From: Haloferacaceae archaeon
GTDB taxonomy: Archaea; Halobacteriota; Halobacteria; Halobacteriales; Haloferacaceae
DNA: 45,472 nt
Assembly (NCBI GenBank): GCA_028274865.1
Contig: JAQCMY010000021.1
Location: forward strand, 1-45,472
Direction of reading: 5' to 3'
This document shows positions 7,742-16,321 of the stretch, one piece after another; within the stretch, counting starts at the first letter, position 1, and each line of letters starts with the position of its first letter. A program made the translations under genes and the position numbers. The notes beneath the pieces are model-generated. The model did not search any database and was not told where the DNA came from. It saw only the letters and a program-made list of their open reading frames with translations.

Positions 7742-8532
7742 CAGTCGTCTGCGGCCGACTCGGGGCGTTCGTGGTCGTGCCCGAACTCGACCGCGGTGCC
7801 GTCGTGTCGGCACCGCTCGAGGGCGTGTTTCGCCGTCATGCCGGCGTCGGCAGCCGTCGGACCGGTACCGACACCGACCTTCAGCGACACGCCCGTCTCC
7901 TCCGCGACGTGGTCGATAGCCTGGCGGTACGCCGCGGTCGAGATGTCGGGAACGGCGGCGACGAAGTTGTCGCCGCCGACGAAGAAGACGAGGCCGCCGT
8001 GGGCCTCGCGGAGGTGGCCCATCAGCGAGACGGCGGCACGGTCGACGACGAGGAGCGAGTCGTAGGCGTTGAGTCGGTCGGTGTACTCGCCGGTGACGTC
8101 GTCGACGTCGAAGTGGGCGATAGCGACGTCCTCCGGACCGGGTGTCGGCGGGTCACTGGCGAATCCGAGCACCTCGCGCCGGTCGCCGTCCTGTGCGCTC
8201 CCCGCGGCCTGGACCTGCGCGGTCGCCTCGTCCAGGGCCGTCGCGGGCGAGGTGTCTGACCCGACGCCGAGGCTGGCGGTCACGGGATAGCGGTTGCCGA
8301 GCGACTCCTGGAGCCGGCGGTGGTCGTTCCGGTCGAGGCCGTTCGTCACCGCGACGAGGTTGTCGTACCGTGTCGGGAACGCGTAGCCGCCGCGTGAGCC
8401 GACGAAGGCTGCTACGTCCGCGTACAGCCGACTCTGGAGCACCTGAAGGTCCATCTCCGGGCGCGGTTCGGGGGTGACTGTCCACGGTCCGTAGTTGTCT
8501 ATCTGAACCAGCGTCAGCTGCGTTTCTGTCAT
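7741..8532 (-). CDS. GTP cyclohydrolase III (archaeal, MJ0145 family)
   Basis: MTETQLTLVQIDNYGPWTVTP, FFVGGDNF (GGDEF-like palm motif) and the 263-aa length fit. The ATG at 8532 was chosen because the upstream part of track ORF 8859 has a non-coding character. Confidence 0.85.
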   Translation of the reverse strand: MTETQLTLVQIDNYGPWTVTPEPRPEMDLQVLQSRLYADVAAFVGSRGGYAFPTRYDNLVAVTNGLDRNDHRRLQESLGNRYPVTASLGVGSDTSPATALDEATAQVQAAGSAQDGDRREVLGFASDPPTPGPEDVAIAHFDVDDVTGEYTDRLNAYDSLLVVDRAAVSLMGHLREAHGGLVFFVGGDNFVAAVPDISTAAYRQAIDHVAEETGVSLKVGVGTGPTAADAGMTAKHALERCRHDGTAVEFGHDHERPESAADD

Positions 8533-8616
8533 CTGTACCCTCAATTTGCCGCCGCATACATCGGTGTTTGGATACGCAGTCGAGAGATTCAAGCGCGACC
8601 GGCTCCCGGTCTGCCC

Positions 8617-9399
8617 GTGCGTGGCGTCGTACTCGACGTTGACGGGACAGTACTCCGCGGGTCGCGGCTGGTCGACGGGGCGCGGGCGGGGCTGGACGCG
8701 CTCGCCCGCGCCGGCGTCCGCCGGCTGTTCGTCTCGAACAACCCGACGAAGACTCCCGAGGCCTACGCGGCCCGCCTCCGCGCGGCGGGCGTCGAGGCAG
8801 ACGCCGACGCCGTCGTCACCTCCGGGACCACGACGGTCCGGTACCTCCGCGAGCACCATCCCGACGACCGGCTGCTGGTCGTCGGCGAGGACGGCCTGCG
8901 CGAGCAGCTCCGCGCCGCCGGCCTGACCGTGCTCGACGGCTACGCGGGCGACGGGCCGCCCGTCGACGCCGTCGTCGCCTCGATCGACCGTGACCTGACC
9001 TACGACGACCTCGCGGCGGCGCTGTGGGCGATACAGGACGGCGCGACGCTCGTCGGCACCGACCCGGACCGAACCATCCCGACGGCGGACCGCGACCTCC
9101 CGGGGTCGGGGGCCGTCGTCGGCGCGGTGACGAGCGTGGCCGACCGCGACCCGGACGCGGTGCTGGGCAAGCCGTCACCGACCGCACGGCGGGTCGTCCG
9201 CGAGCGTCTCGGACTCCCGCCGGCGGACTGTCTCGTCGTCGGCGACCGCCTCGACACGGACGTCGCCCTCGGCGCCGCCGCCGGGATGGAGACGGCGCTG
9301 GTACTGACCGGCGTCGCGTCACGCGCAGACGCTCGCGAAGCAGACGCCGCGCCGGACCACGTCCTCGACTCGCTCGCCGACGTCGAGGCGCTCGTCTGA
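8617..9399 (+). CDS. HAD-superfamily hydrolase, subfamily IIA (NagD / sugar-phosphatase like)
   Basis: DVDGTV (DxDGT), SNN and GKP...VGDRLDTD motifs are present. The length is 260 aa. Confidence 0.85.
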   Translation: MRGVVLDVDGTVLRGSRLVDGARAGLDALARAGVRRLFVSNNPTKTPEAYAARLRAAGVEADADAVVTSGTTTVRYLREHHPDDRLLVVGEDGLREQLRAAGLTVLDGYAGDGPPVDAVVASIDRDLTYDDLAAALWAIQDGATLVGTDPDRTIPTADRDLPGSGAVVGAVTSVADRDPDAVLGKPSPTARRVVRERLGLPPADCLVVGDRLDTDVALGAAAGMETALVLTGVASRADAREADAAPDHVLDSLADVEALV

Positions 9400-9426
9400 G
9401 GCCGTCCGTCGCCCGCAGCTCGTCGG

Positions 9427-10179
9427 TCAGTGGTGCTCCAGCGACGCGGGCGCGCCGCCGTCGAGCGTCACCGTCTCGTCGCCCTCGAGGACGTGGACGG
9501 CGGCGTCGCTGCCCGTCGCGGCCACCTCGCGGGCGAGCGCCTCGACCTCGATCTCCACCGGCGGGAACGTGTCGTAGTGCATCGGGAAGGCGTGGTCGAC
9601 GTCGACCCAGTCGACGGCGATGGCGGCCTGTGTCGGCCCCATCGTGAAGTGGTCGCCACACGGCACGGCGGCGGCGTCCGGCTCGAGGTACGGCCCGACC
9701 ACGTCGCGCATCTCGCTCATCAGGCCGGTGTCGCCGGCGTGGTAGAACGTCGTCGCCTCCGCGTCGGACTCCTGGGTCGGCATCCGGTCGCTCAGGACGT
9801 AGCCCGCCGGCATCCCGGCGTCGTACTCGTAGCCCGTCTCGATGCCGTTCGTGTGGTCCGCGCGGTGCATCGTGACGAAGACCCCGTCGAACTCGACCGT
9901 CCCGCCGATGTTCATCCCGACTCCATCGGCGAAGTCGTGGTGCTCCGTGACGTACTCGACCAGCTCGGGCGTCCCGACGACCGTCGCGTCGGTGAACGCG
10001 CCCGCGTGGGCGATGTGGTCCGCGTGTCCGTGGGTGAGCAGGACGTAGTCGACGGGGCCGGCGTCTGCCGGCTCCATCGAGGTGTGCGGGTTGTCGAAGA
10101 ACGGGTCGATCAGGAGGTCGGTCCCGCCGAGAGAGACGTGCCAGCACGAGTGACCGTGCCACGTGAGGTCCATCGTCAT
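9427..10179 (-). CDS. Metallo-beta-lactamase fold hydrolase (UPF0173-like)
   Basis: LTWHGHSCW and LLTHGHADH motifs are present. The start at ATG 10179 is supported by a TATA box at 10207-10213. Confidence 0.8.
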   Translation of the reverse strand: MTMDLTWHGHSCWHVSLGGTDLLIDPFFDNPHTSMEPADAGPVDYVLLTHGHADHIAHAGAFTDATVVGTPELVEYVTEHHDFADGVGMNIGGTVEFDGVFVTMHRADHTNGIETGYEYDAGMPAGYVLSDRMPTQESDAEATTFYHAGDTGLMSEMRDVVGPYLEPDAAAVPCGDHFTMGPTQAAIAVDWVDVDHAFPMHYDTFPPVEIEVEALAREVAATGSDAAVHVLEGDETVTLDGGAPASLEHH

Positions 10180-10206
10180 CGCGGCTCCGAGTTCGGTCGA
10201 CACGGG

Positions 10207-10213
10207 TATAAAT
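10207..10213 (-). promoter_or_regulatory. Canonical TATA box (minus strand ATTTATA) about 31 nt upstream of the MBL-fold hydrolase start
   Basis: The TTTATA-type element stands isolated in a GC-rich divergent spacer. Confidence 0.55.
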
Positions 10214-10268
10214 CGTCACGCCCCGGCGACGGGCAAGCTTCAAGCGACGGCCCGCCGAGCAGACTGCC

Positions 10269-11012
10269 GTGAGACACGTCCGCTTTCGCGACCCGAGCGG
10301 CGCGACGCGCCGTGGCAGGTGGCACGACGACGGCACCGTCTCGTTCGGGGGCGAGTCGTTCAGCCGCGACGAGGTGACGGTGCTCCCGCCCTGCGAGCCG
10401 TCGAAGGTCGTCTGTGTCGGCCGGAACTACGTCGCCCACGCAGACGAACGGGACGAGGCCCTGCCCGACCGACCGCTGCTCTTCCTCAAGCCCCCGAACG
10501 CCGTCGCCGCCCACGGCGACACGGTCCGGCTCCCGGCGGGGAAAGAGCGGGTCGAACACGAGTGCGAACTCGCCGCCGTGATCGGCGAGGGGTGTCGCCA
10601 CGTCGACGCCGACGAGGCCGAGTCCGTGGTCGCGGGCTACACCTGCCTCCTCGACGTGTCGAACCGCGACGACCAGGACCGCGAGACGAACTGGGTCCGG
10701 GGGAAGGCGTTCGACGGCGCGGCGCCGATAGGACCCGTCCTCGCCGACCCCGAACACGTCCCGGACGACGCCGCCGTCGAGACGTACGTGAACGGCGAGC
10801 GACGCCAGCACGGGACGCGTGACCAGCTCATCTTCTCGGTGCCGGAGCTCGTCGCGGAGATAACGACGTACATGACGCTCGAGCCGGGCGACGTAATCTC
10901 GACGGGGACGCCCGCCGGCGTCGCGCCGCTGGCCGACGGCGACGAGGTGCGCGTCCGTGTCGAGGGCGTCGGGTCGCTCGTGAACGGCGTCGAGCGGGAG
11001 GGCAACGCATAA
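10269..11012 (+). CDS. Fumarylacetoacetate hydrolase family protein
   Basis: KVVCVGRNY, FLKPPNA, HECELAAVIG, VISTGTPAGV and the 247-aa length fit the family. Confidence 0.85.
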   Translation: MRHVRFRDPSGATRRGRWHDDGTVSFGGESFSRDEVTVLPPCEPSKVVCVGRNYVAHADERDEALPDRPLLFLKPPNAVAAHGDTVRLPAGKERVEHECELAAVIGEGCRHVDADEAESVVAGYTCLLDVSNRDDQDRETNWVRGKAFDGAAPIGPVLADPEHVPDDAAVETYVNGERRQHGTRDQLIFSVPELVAEITTYMTLEPGDVISTGTPAGVAPLADGDEVRVRVEGVGSLVNGVEREGNA

Positions 11013-11031
11013 ATTTAGGTCCGCCTAATCG

Positions 11032-11532
11032 GTGCGCGTGAAGCTGTCGCGGCGCGACGCGCTCGCCGCGCTCGCCGGCGTCGGGAGCGCCTCGCTCGCG
11101 GGGTGTTCGGGCGACGGGTCGGCGTCGCTCCCCGTCGACTCGCTCGTCGCCCTCGCCGAGACGCTCTACCCGAGTGCCGCCTCCGGGCACCGCGAGTTCG
11201 TCGAGACGTACGTCGACGGGCGGACCCGCGGTCGGCCCGCCGAGCGCGAGGCGCTGGCGGAGACGGTCGCGGACCTGAACGGCGTGGCACGGGAGTGGTA
11301 CGACAGCCGGCTGCCGGAGCTGTCGCGCGCGGACCGCGACAGCCTCCTGCACGAGGTCGGCGTCGAGACGGCAGCGCCGCGGCGGGACGGGACGCTCGCA
11401 GAGCGGGTCCGGCGCGTCGTCGACGACCTGCTGTACGCGTTCTACACCTCGCCGACGGGCGGTGAGCTGGTCGGGACGTCGAACCCGCCGGGGTACCCGG
11501 GCGGGACGGCCTCGTACCACGAGGGGCGATGA
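11032..11532 (+). CDS. Tat-signal lipoprotein, gluconate 2-dehydrogenase subunit-3-like small subunit
   Basis: A twin-arginine motif SRRDALAALAG is followed by the lipobox LAGC. ATGA overlaps the downstream GMC oxidoreductase. The start could be GTG 11038 instead of 11032. Confidence 0.7.
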   Translation: MRVKLSRRDALAALAGVGSASLAGCSGDGSASLPVDSLVALAETLYPSAASGHREFVETYVDGRTRGRPAEREALAETVADLNGVAREWYDSRLPELSRADRDSLLHEVGVETAAPRRDGTLAERVRRVVDDLLYAFYTSPTGGELVGTSNPPGYPGGTASYHEGR

Positions 11533-13112
11533 GCCGGGCGCCGTCGGGCCGGGCGGACCTCCTCGTCGTCGGCGCGGGACCGGCGGGGTCGCTCGTCGCG
11601 CGCGAGGCTGCCGCCGCCGGGCACGACGTGGTGGTCCTCGACGCCGGGCCGCGGTTCGACGACGAGGACCGGACCGAGCGGATGGCGGCACACCTCCGGC
11701 CAGACGAGGGGTCACCGTGGCCGCGCGACCCGGAGCGGGACGGCTACACCACCGGCGGGCGGCCCTACCCGCTCGCGGCGTCGCGTGTGAAGGGGGTCGG
11801 CGGGTCGACGCTCGCGTGGCACGGGATGGCGCCGCGCCTCCGCGAGCGGGACTTCGAACTGCGGAGCCGGCACGGCGTCGCCGTCGACTGGCCGCTCTCG
11901 TACGCCGACCTGCGGCCCTGGTACGCCCGCGCCGAGCGCGCGCTCGGCGTGGCTGGCGCCGCGGACGGCGCAGAGGGGCCGCCGCGCGAGGAGCCGTACC
12001 CGATGCCGGCGTTTCCGCCGTCGGCGAGCGACCGGATACTCGCCGAGGGAGCAGAGGCGGTCGGCCTGTCGACGCGGACGGCGCCGAACGCCCGGAACTC
12101 CGAGTCGTACGACGGCGACGCTGCCTGCGTCGGCTACGGCACCTGCCGACCCGTCTGCCCGTCGGGCGCGAAGTACACCGCCGAGCGCACCGTCGCCGCC
12201 GCGGAGGCGGCCGGCGCCCGCGTCGTCGACCGGGCGCCGGTGCGCCGCCTGCGCGTCGACGGCGACCGGGTGACCGGCGCGCGGTACACGACGCCGGCGG
12301 GCGAACACGTACAGGAGGCACGCGAGGTGGTCCTCGCCGCCGGCGGCGTCGAGACCCCGCGGCTGCTCCTGCTCTCGGCGACCGGAGACCACCCGGACGG
12401 CCTCGCGAACTCGTCGGGCGCGGTCGGGCGGTACTTCCACGACCACCTGTTCGCCGGCGTCGGCGGTCGGGTCGACCGGGAGACACGCCAGCACCACGTC
12501 GGCTTCCACACGACGGAGAGCCACGCCGTCTACGACGAGGCCGACCCGGTCGTCGGGATCAAACTCGAGTTCCTGAACGACGCCGGCCCGACGCCCGTCG
12601 GCGTCGCGCTCTCGGACGGGTCGTGGGGCGACGAGCTCGCCGACCGCGTGCGCGAGGCGTACGGCGGTCACCTCGCGGTCGGCGCGCTGGTCGAACAGCT
12701 CCCCGACCCGTCGAACCGGGTGCGGCTCGACCCCGAGACGGTCGACGACGCCGGCGACCCCGTCCCCCGGGTCGAGTGGTCGCTCGACAGCCGGACGCGG
12801 CGCGGGATCGAGCGGGCGAACGAGCTCCAGCGCCGGGTGCTCGAGGCCGTCGACGCCGACCCGACGTGGACTGTCGACGCCGAGACCACCGGGCCGGCGG
12901 CCCACCAGATGGGGACGACACGGATGGGCGCCGACCCGGCAGAGAGCGTGGTCGACCCGGACTGCCGGGCCCACGACCTCCAGAATCTGTGGGTCGCGGG
13001 GTCGTCGGTGTTCCCGACCGGGGGCGCGATGAACCCGACGCTCACGATCGCGGCGCTGGCGCTCCGGCTCGGCAGCCGGCTGGCAGACCGGCTGTCCGGC
13101 GAGCGGGACTGA
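11529..13112 (+). CDS. GMC-family FAD-dependent oxidoreductase
   Basis: N-terminal DLLVVGAGPAG...VVVLDAG dinucleotide fold and C-terminal HQMGTTRMG and NLWVAGSSVFPT motifs are present. The length is 527 aa. Confidence 0.85.
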   Translation: MSRAPSGRADLLVVGAGPAGSLVAREAAAAGHDVVVLDAGPRFDDEDRTERMAAHLRPDEGSPWPRDPERDGYTTGGRPYPLAASRVKGVGGSTLAWHGMAPRLRERDFELRSRHGVAVDWPLSYADLRPWYARAERALGVAGAADGAEGPPREEPYPMPAFPPSASDRILAEGAEAVGLSTRTAPNARNSESYDGDAACVGYGTCRPVCPSGAKYTAERTVAAAEAAGARVVDRAPVRRLRVDGDRVTGARYTTPAGEHVQEAREVVLAAGGVETPRLLLLSATGDHPDGLANSSGAVGRYFHDHLFAGVGGRVDRETRQHHVGFHTTESHAVYDEADPVVGIKLEFLNDAGPTPVGVALSDGSWGDELADRVREAYGGHLAVGALVEQLPDPSNRVRLDPETVDDAGDPVPRVEWSLDSRTRRGIERANELQRRVLEAVDADPTWTVDAETTGPAAHQMGTTRMGADPAESVVDPDCRAHDLQNLWVAGSSVFPTGGAMNPTLTIAALALRLGSRLADRLSGERD

Positions 13113-13159
13113 CGGGCCGGGATGCCGGGGTTGAAGTCCCGGCCGACCCACCTCGCGGT

Positions 13160-14230
13160 ATGAACACGCGGGATCTGTCCTCGCACGAGCCGTACGTCCC
13201 CGGACGGGGCATAGAGGAGGTGGCCCGGGAACTCGGCGTCGCTGCCGCCGACCTCACGAAGCTCTCGTCGAACGAGAACCCGTACGGCCCGAGTCCGCGC
13301 GCCGTCGAGGCGATGGAGGCGGCGGTCGGCGGCGTCCACCGGTACCCGAAGGCGTCGCACACCGACCTGACGGCGGCGCTCGCCGACGAGTGGCGCCTCG
13401 ACCCCGCGCAGGTGTGGGTGTCGCCCGGCGCGGACGGCGCGCTCGACTACCTGGCCCGGGCGACGCTGGAGCCGGGCGACGGGGTGCTGGTGCCCGACCC
13501 CGGGTTCGCGTACTACGCCATGTCGGCGCGCTACCACAACGCCCGGGTCGAGACCTACCCCGTGACGAAGCCCGACGACTTCGCCCAGTCCGCCGACCGG
13601 GTGCTCGACGCCTACGACGGCGAACGGCTCGTCTACCTCACCTCGCCACACAATCCGAGCGGGAGCGAGATCGCCCTCGACGAGGTGCGGACGCTCGCGG
13701 AGCGGGTCGACCCGGAGACGCTCCTCGTCGTCGACGAGGCGTACGGCGAGTACTCGGCGGCAGCGAGCGCCCGGACGCTCGTCGACGAGTACGACAACGT
13801 CGCCGTGACGCGGACGTTCTCGAAGGCGTACGGGCTCGCCGGCCTCCGGGTCGGCTACGGACTCGTCCCGGCGTCCTGGGCGGACGCCTACGCCCGGGTG
13901 AACACCCCCTTCGCGGCGAACGACCTCGCCTGCCGTGCCGCGAACGCGGCGCTCGACGACGACGACCACCTCCGACGGTCGGTCGACGGGGCGCGCCGGT
14001 CGCGAGAGCGGCTGCGCGACGGCCTCGACGTCCGGACGTGGCCGAGCGGCGGCAACTTCGTGCTGGCCGAGGTTGGCGACGCGGCAGCCGTCGCGGAGGC
14101 GGCGAAGCGCGAGGGCGTCATCGTCCGCGACTGCGGGAGCTTCGGCCTCCCCGGCTGTATCAGGGTGACCGCCGGCACCGCCGAGGAGACAGCCGAGGGC
14201 GTCGCGGTCCTCAACCGCGTGACCGACTGA
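13160..14230 (+). CDS. hisC: Histidinol-phosphate aminotransferase
   Basis: KLSSNENPYGPSP, SPHNPSG and RTFSKAYGLAGLRVGY (PLP lysine) are present. The ATG at 13160 lies inside a long artefactual track ORF. Confidence 0.9.
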   Translation: MNTRDLSSHEPYVPGRGIEEVARELGVAAADLTKLSSNENPYGPSPRAVEAMEAAVGGVHRYPKASHTDLTAALADEWRLDPAQVWVSPGADGALDYLARATLEPGDGVLVPDPGFAYYAMSARYHNARVETYPVTKPDDFAQSADRVLDAYDGERLVYLTSPHNPSGSEIALDEVRTLAERVDPETLLVVDEAYGEYSAAASARTLVDEYDNVAVTRTFSKAYGLAGLRVGYGLVPASWADAYARVNTPFAANDLACRAANAALDDDDHLRRSVDGARRSRERLRDGLDVRTWPSGGNFVLAEVGDAAAVAEAAKREGVIVRDCGSFGLPGCIRVTAGTAEETAEGVAVLNRVTD

Positions 14231-14742
14231 TGCGGGTGGCGCTGACCGGCACGCCGGGGACGGGAAAGACCAGCGCCGCCGCCGAACTCGGCGTCCCGGT
14301 CGTCGCGCTGAACGACGTCGTCGAGCGCGAGGGGCTGTGGACGGAGCGCGACGACGAGCGGGGCTCGCTGGTGGCCGACCTCGACGCGGTCGAGGCGTGG
14401 CTCGCCGAGGCGGCACCGGCTGTCGACCACGTCGTCGAGTCACACCTGGCACACCTGTTCCCCGCGGACCGGACGGTGGTACTGCGGTGTCGCCCCGACC
14501 GGCTCCGCGAACGACTGACCGGCCGCGGCGCAGCCGAGGCGGCAGCCGCGGAGAACGCCGAGAGCGAGGCACTCGACGTGGTGCTGTCGGAGGCCGTCGC
14601 GGAGCAGGGCCGCGGGTCGGTGTACGAGGTCGACACGACGGCGCTGACGCCGGGCGAGGCGGCCACGGCAGTCGAGGCCGTCTTCGCCGGCGAGCGGGCG
14701 CCGAGCGCCGGAACCGTCGACTTCACCGGGTACGTCGAGTGA
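14230..14742 (+). CDS. AK6/Fap7-type adenylate kinase-like NTPase
   Basis: The P-loop ALTGTPGTGKTS is present and the length is 170 aa. The ATG overlaps the hisC TGA (ATGA). Confidence 0.8.
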   Translation: MRVALTGTPGTGKTSAAAELGVPVVALNDVVEREGLWTERDDERGSLVADLDAVEAWLAEAAPAVDHVVESHLAHLFPADRTVVLRCRPDRLRERLTGRGAAEAAAAENAESEALDVVLSEAVAEQGRGSVYEVDTTALTPGEAATAVEAVFAGERAPSAGTVDFTGYVE

Positions 14743-15338
14743 CGCTCGACCGGCTGCGCCCGGTCGCGGAGCGCGCACTCGGTCCCTTCGTCGCCGCGGC
14801 AGAGCGAGTCGGCCTCGGGCCGGACGGGGTGAGCGCCGTCGCCTTCGGCTGTGCCGTCGCCGCCGCCGTCGTCTTCGCTCGTGGTCCGTCTCTCGCCTAC
14901 CTGCTCGCCGCGGCGCTGGTGCTCGCGAACGGGTGGTTCGACCTGGTGGACGGCGCGCTGGCGCGCGCCACCGACGAGGCGTCGGCGGGCGGAGACCTCC
15001 TCGACCACGTTCTCGACCGGTACGCCGACGTCGCGCTCGTCGCCGGCGCGGCGGCGGGGCTCGACGCCTTCGCCCTCGGACTGGCGGCGGTGACCGGCGT
15101 CCTCCTCACGTCGTACATGGGGACCCAGATACAGGCGGTCGGGCTGGGCCGGGAGTACGGCGGGTTGCTGGGCCGGGCAGACCGGCTCGCGCTCGTCGGC
15201 GCGGCCGGCGGCGCGACGGCGCTCTACCCCCGCGACCTCGGGCCGTTCACCCTCCTCGGGTGGGCGCTCGTCGTCCTCGCCGTCGCGGGCCACCTCACCG
15301 CAGTTCAGCGGTTCGCCGGCGCGTGGCGCGACCTCTGA
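14739..15338 (+). CDS. CDP-alcohol phosphatidyltransferase family protein (archaetidylinositol-phosphate-synthase-like size)
   Basis: The motif DLVDGALAR...GGDLLDHVLDRYAD matches DGx2ARx8Gx3Dx3D. The protein is multi-TM and hydrophobic. The GTG start overlaps the upstream TGA (GTGA). Confidence 0.8.
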   Translation: MTLDRLRPVAERALGPFVAAAERVGLGPDGVSAVAFGCAVAAAVVFARGPSLAYLLAAALVLANGWFDLVDGALARATDEASAGGDLLDHVLDRYADVALVAGAAAGLDAFALGLAAVTGVLLTSYMGTQIQAVGLGREYGGLLGRADRLALVGAAGGATALYPRDLGPFTLLGWALVVLAVAGHLTAVQRFAGAWRDL

Positions 15339-15351
15339 CCCGGCTGCACAC

Positions 15352-15359
15352 CTTTTTAC
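15352..15359 (+). promoter_or_regulatory. TATA-like box CTTTTTAC about 27 nt upstream of the MBF1 ATG
   Basis: An isolated A/T patch with spacing consistent with a leaderless transcript. Confidence 0.45.
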
Positions 15360-15382
15360 GCCACACGACACACGTACGGGTC

Positions 15383-15904
15383 ATGCCGCAGTGTGAGATG
15401 TGCGGAGCCGAGACGTCGTCGCTCACCACCACGAAGGTCGAGGGCGCGGAGCTCGAGCTCTGTGACGACTGCTCGGACTTCGGCACCGAGGTCCGAACGA
15501 CGTCGTCGTCCGGGTCGACGAAGTACTCGACGTCCTCGTCGGACGGGTCGTCGTCGGGGGACTCGTCGTCGACCGGCTCGTCGTCGGGCGGGTCGAGCCG
15601 CCGCACCGACATGTTCGACGACATGGACGAGGTGGCGACCGACTACGACCAGCGTATCCGTCAGGCCCGGGAGAGCGAGGAGCTGAGCCAGGAGGACCTC
15701 GCGAACGGGCTCAACGAGAAGGCGAGTCTGATCCGGAAACTCGAGCGCGGCGACGTACTCCCGTCCGACGGCGTCAAGCGGAAGCTCGAGCGCCGTCTCG
15801 ACATCTCCCTGACCGAGGGCAGCGGCGACGCCGACACGGACTGGGACGGCGGCGACTCGACGACCACGACGCTCGGCGACGTGGTGAAGCGCAAGGACGA
15901 CTAG
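15383..15904 (+). CDS. mbf1: Archaeal multiprotein-bridging factor 1 family (Zn-ribbon plus HTH, XRE type)
   Basis: N-terminal CEMCG...CDDC zinc ribbon, then a Ser-rich linker, then a C-terminal HTH (LSQEDLANGLNEKASLIRKLERGD). Confidence 0.85.
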   Translation: MPQCEMCGAETSSLTTTKVEGAELELCDDCSDFGTEVRTTSSSGSTKYSTSSSDGSSSGDSSSTGSSSGGSSRRTDMFDDMDEVATDYDQRIRQARESEELSQEDLANGLNEKASLIRKLERGDVLPSDGVKRKLERRLDISLTEGSGDADTDWDGGDSTTTTLGDVVKRKDD

Positions 15905-15936
15905 ACGGCAGGCAGCTTACAGCCGACGGGCCAGAC

Positions 15937-16272
15937 ATGGACGTGACACCGGTATCCGCAGAGCGGACAGCCGAACCCCTCGACGGCGTCCACCTCGCAC
16001 GGGCCGCAGCGGGCGAGCGGGCGAGCGTACAGCACTTCCGGATCGAACCGGGCGCGACCGTCGACCGACACGCACACGAGAACGAACAGCTCGGCTGGCT
16101 CGCCGCGGGGTCGCTCGTCTTCCGTCTCGACGGCGAGGAGGTGACCGTCGAGGCCGGCGACTCCTACGCGATCGGCGGCGGCGAGCGCCACGGCGCGCAC
16201 AACCGCGGCGACGAGGACGCCGTCGGGGTCGAGGTGTTCGTCCCCGCGCGGGAGTCGCCGCCGTGGGAGTGA
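15937..16272 (+). CDS. Cupin domain protein
   Basis: The 111-aa protein has G..VDRHAHENEQ and GERHGAHN cupin motifs. Confidence 0.75.
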   Translation: MDVTPVSAERTAEPLDGVHLARAAAGERASVQHFRIEPGATVDRHAHENEQLGWLAAGSLVFRLDGEEVTVEAGDSYAIGGGERHGAHNRGDEDAVGVEVFVPARESPPWE

Positions 16273-16321
16273 GACCGAACCGAACGCAACAGCTTAACGC
16301 CTCCCACGCGCCCTGAGAGAC

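Noticed and set aside
10828-12486. 552-aa minus-strand ORF, and many similar long ORFs (for example 16825..17913, 30900..32618, 25073..26362, 8816..10336).
   Set aside because: They have extreme Arg/Pro/Gly/Ala composition and lie antisense or off-frame to genes with clear family motifs. They are typical stop-poor artefacts of GC-rich DNA.
13114-13144. GC-rich hairpin GGCCGGGA...TCCCGGCC after the GMC oxidoreductase, a similar stem CCCCGAC...GTCGGGG at 29234-29257, and GCGCCGA-accg-TCGGCGC at 324-341.
   Set aside because: Stems of 7-8 bp are expected many times by chance at this GC content. No adjoining T-run or conservation evidence is available from the sequence alone.
11462-14230. 922-aa plus-strand ORF; also 29181..31730 (849 aa), 30965..33133 (722 aa) and 13390..14742 (450 aa).
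   Set aside because: In each case only the 3' part is a real gene (hisC, tyrA, the methyltransferase, the AK6-like kinase). The long N-terminal extensions overlap other well-supported genes out of frame.
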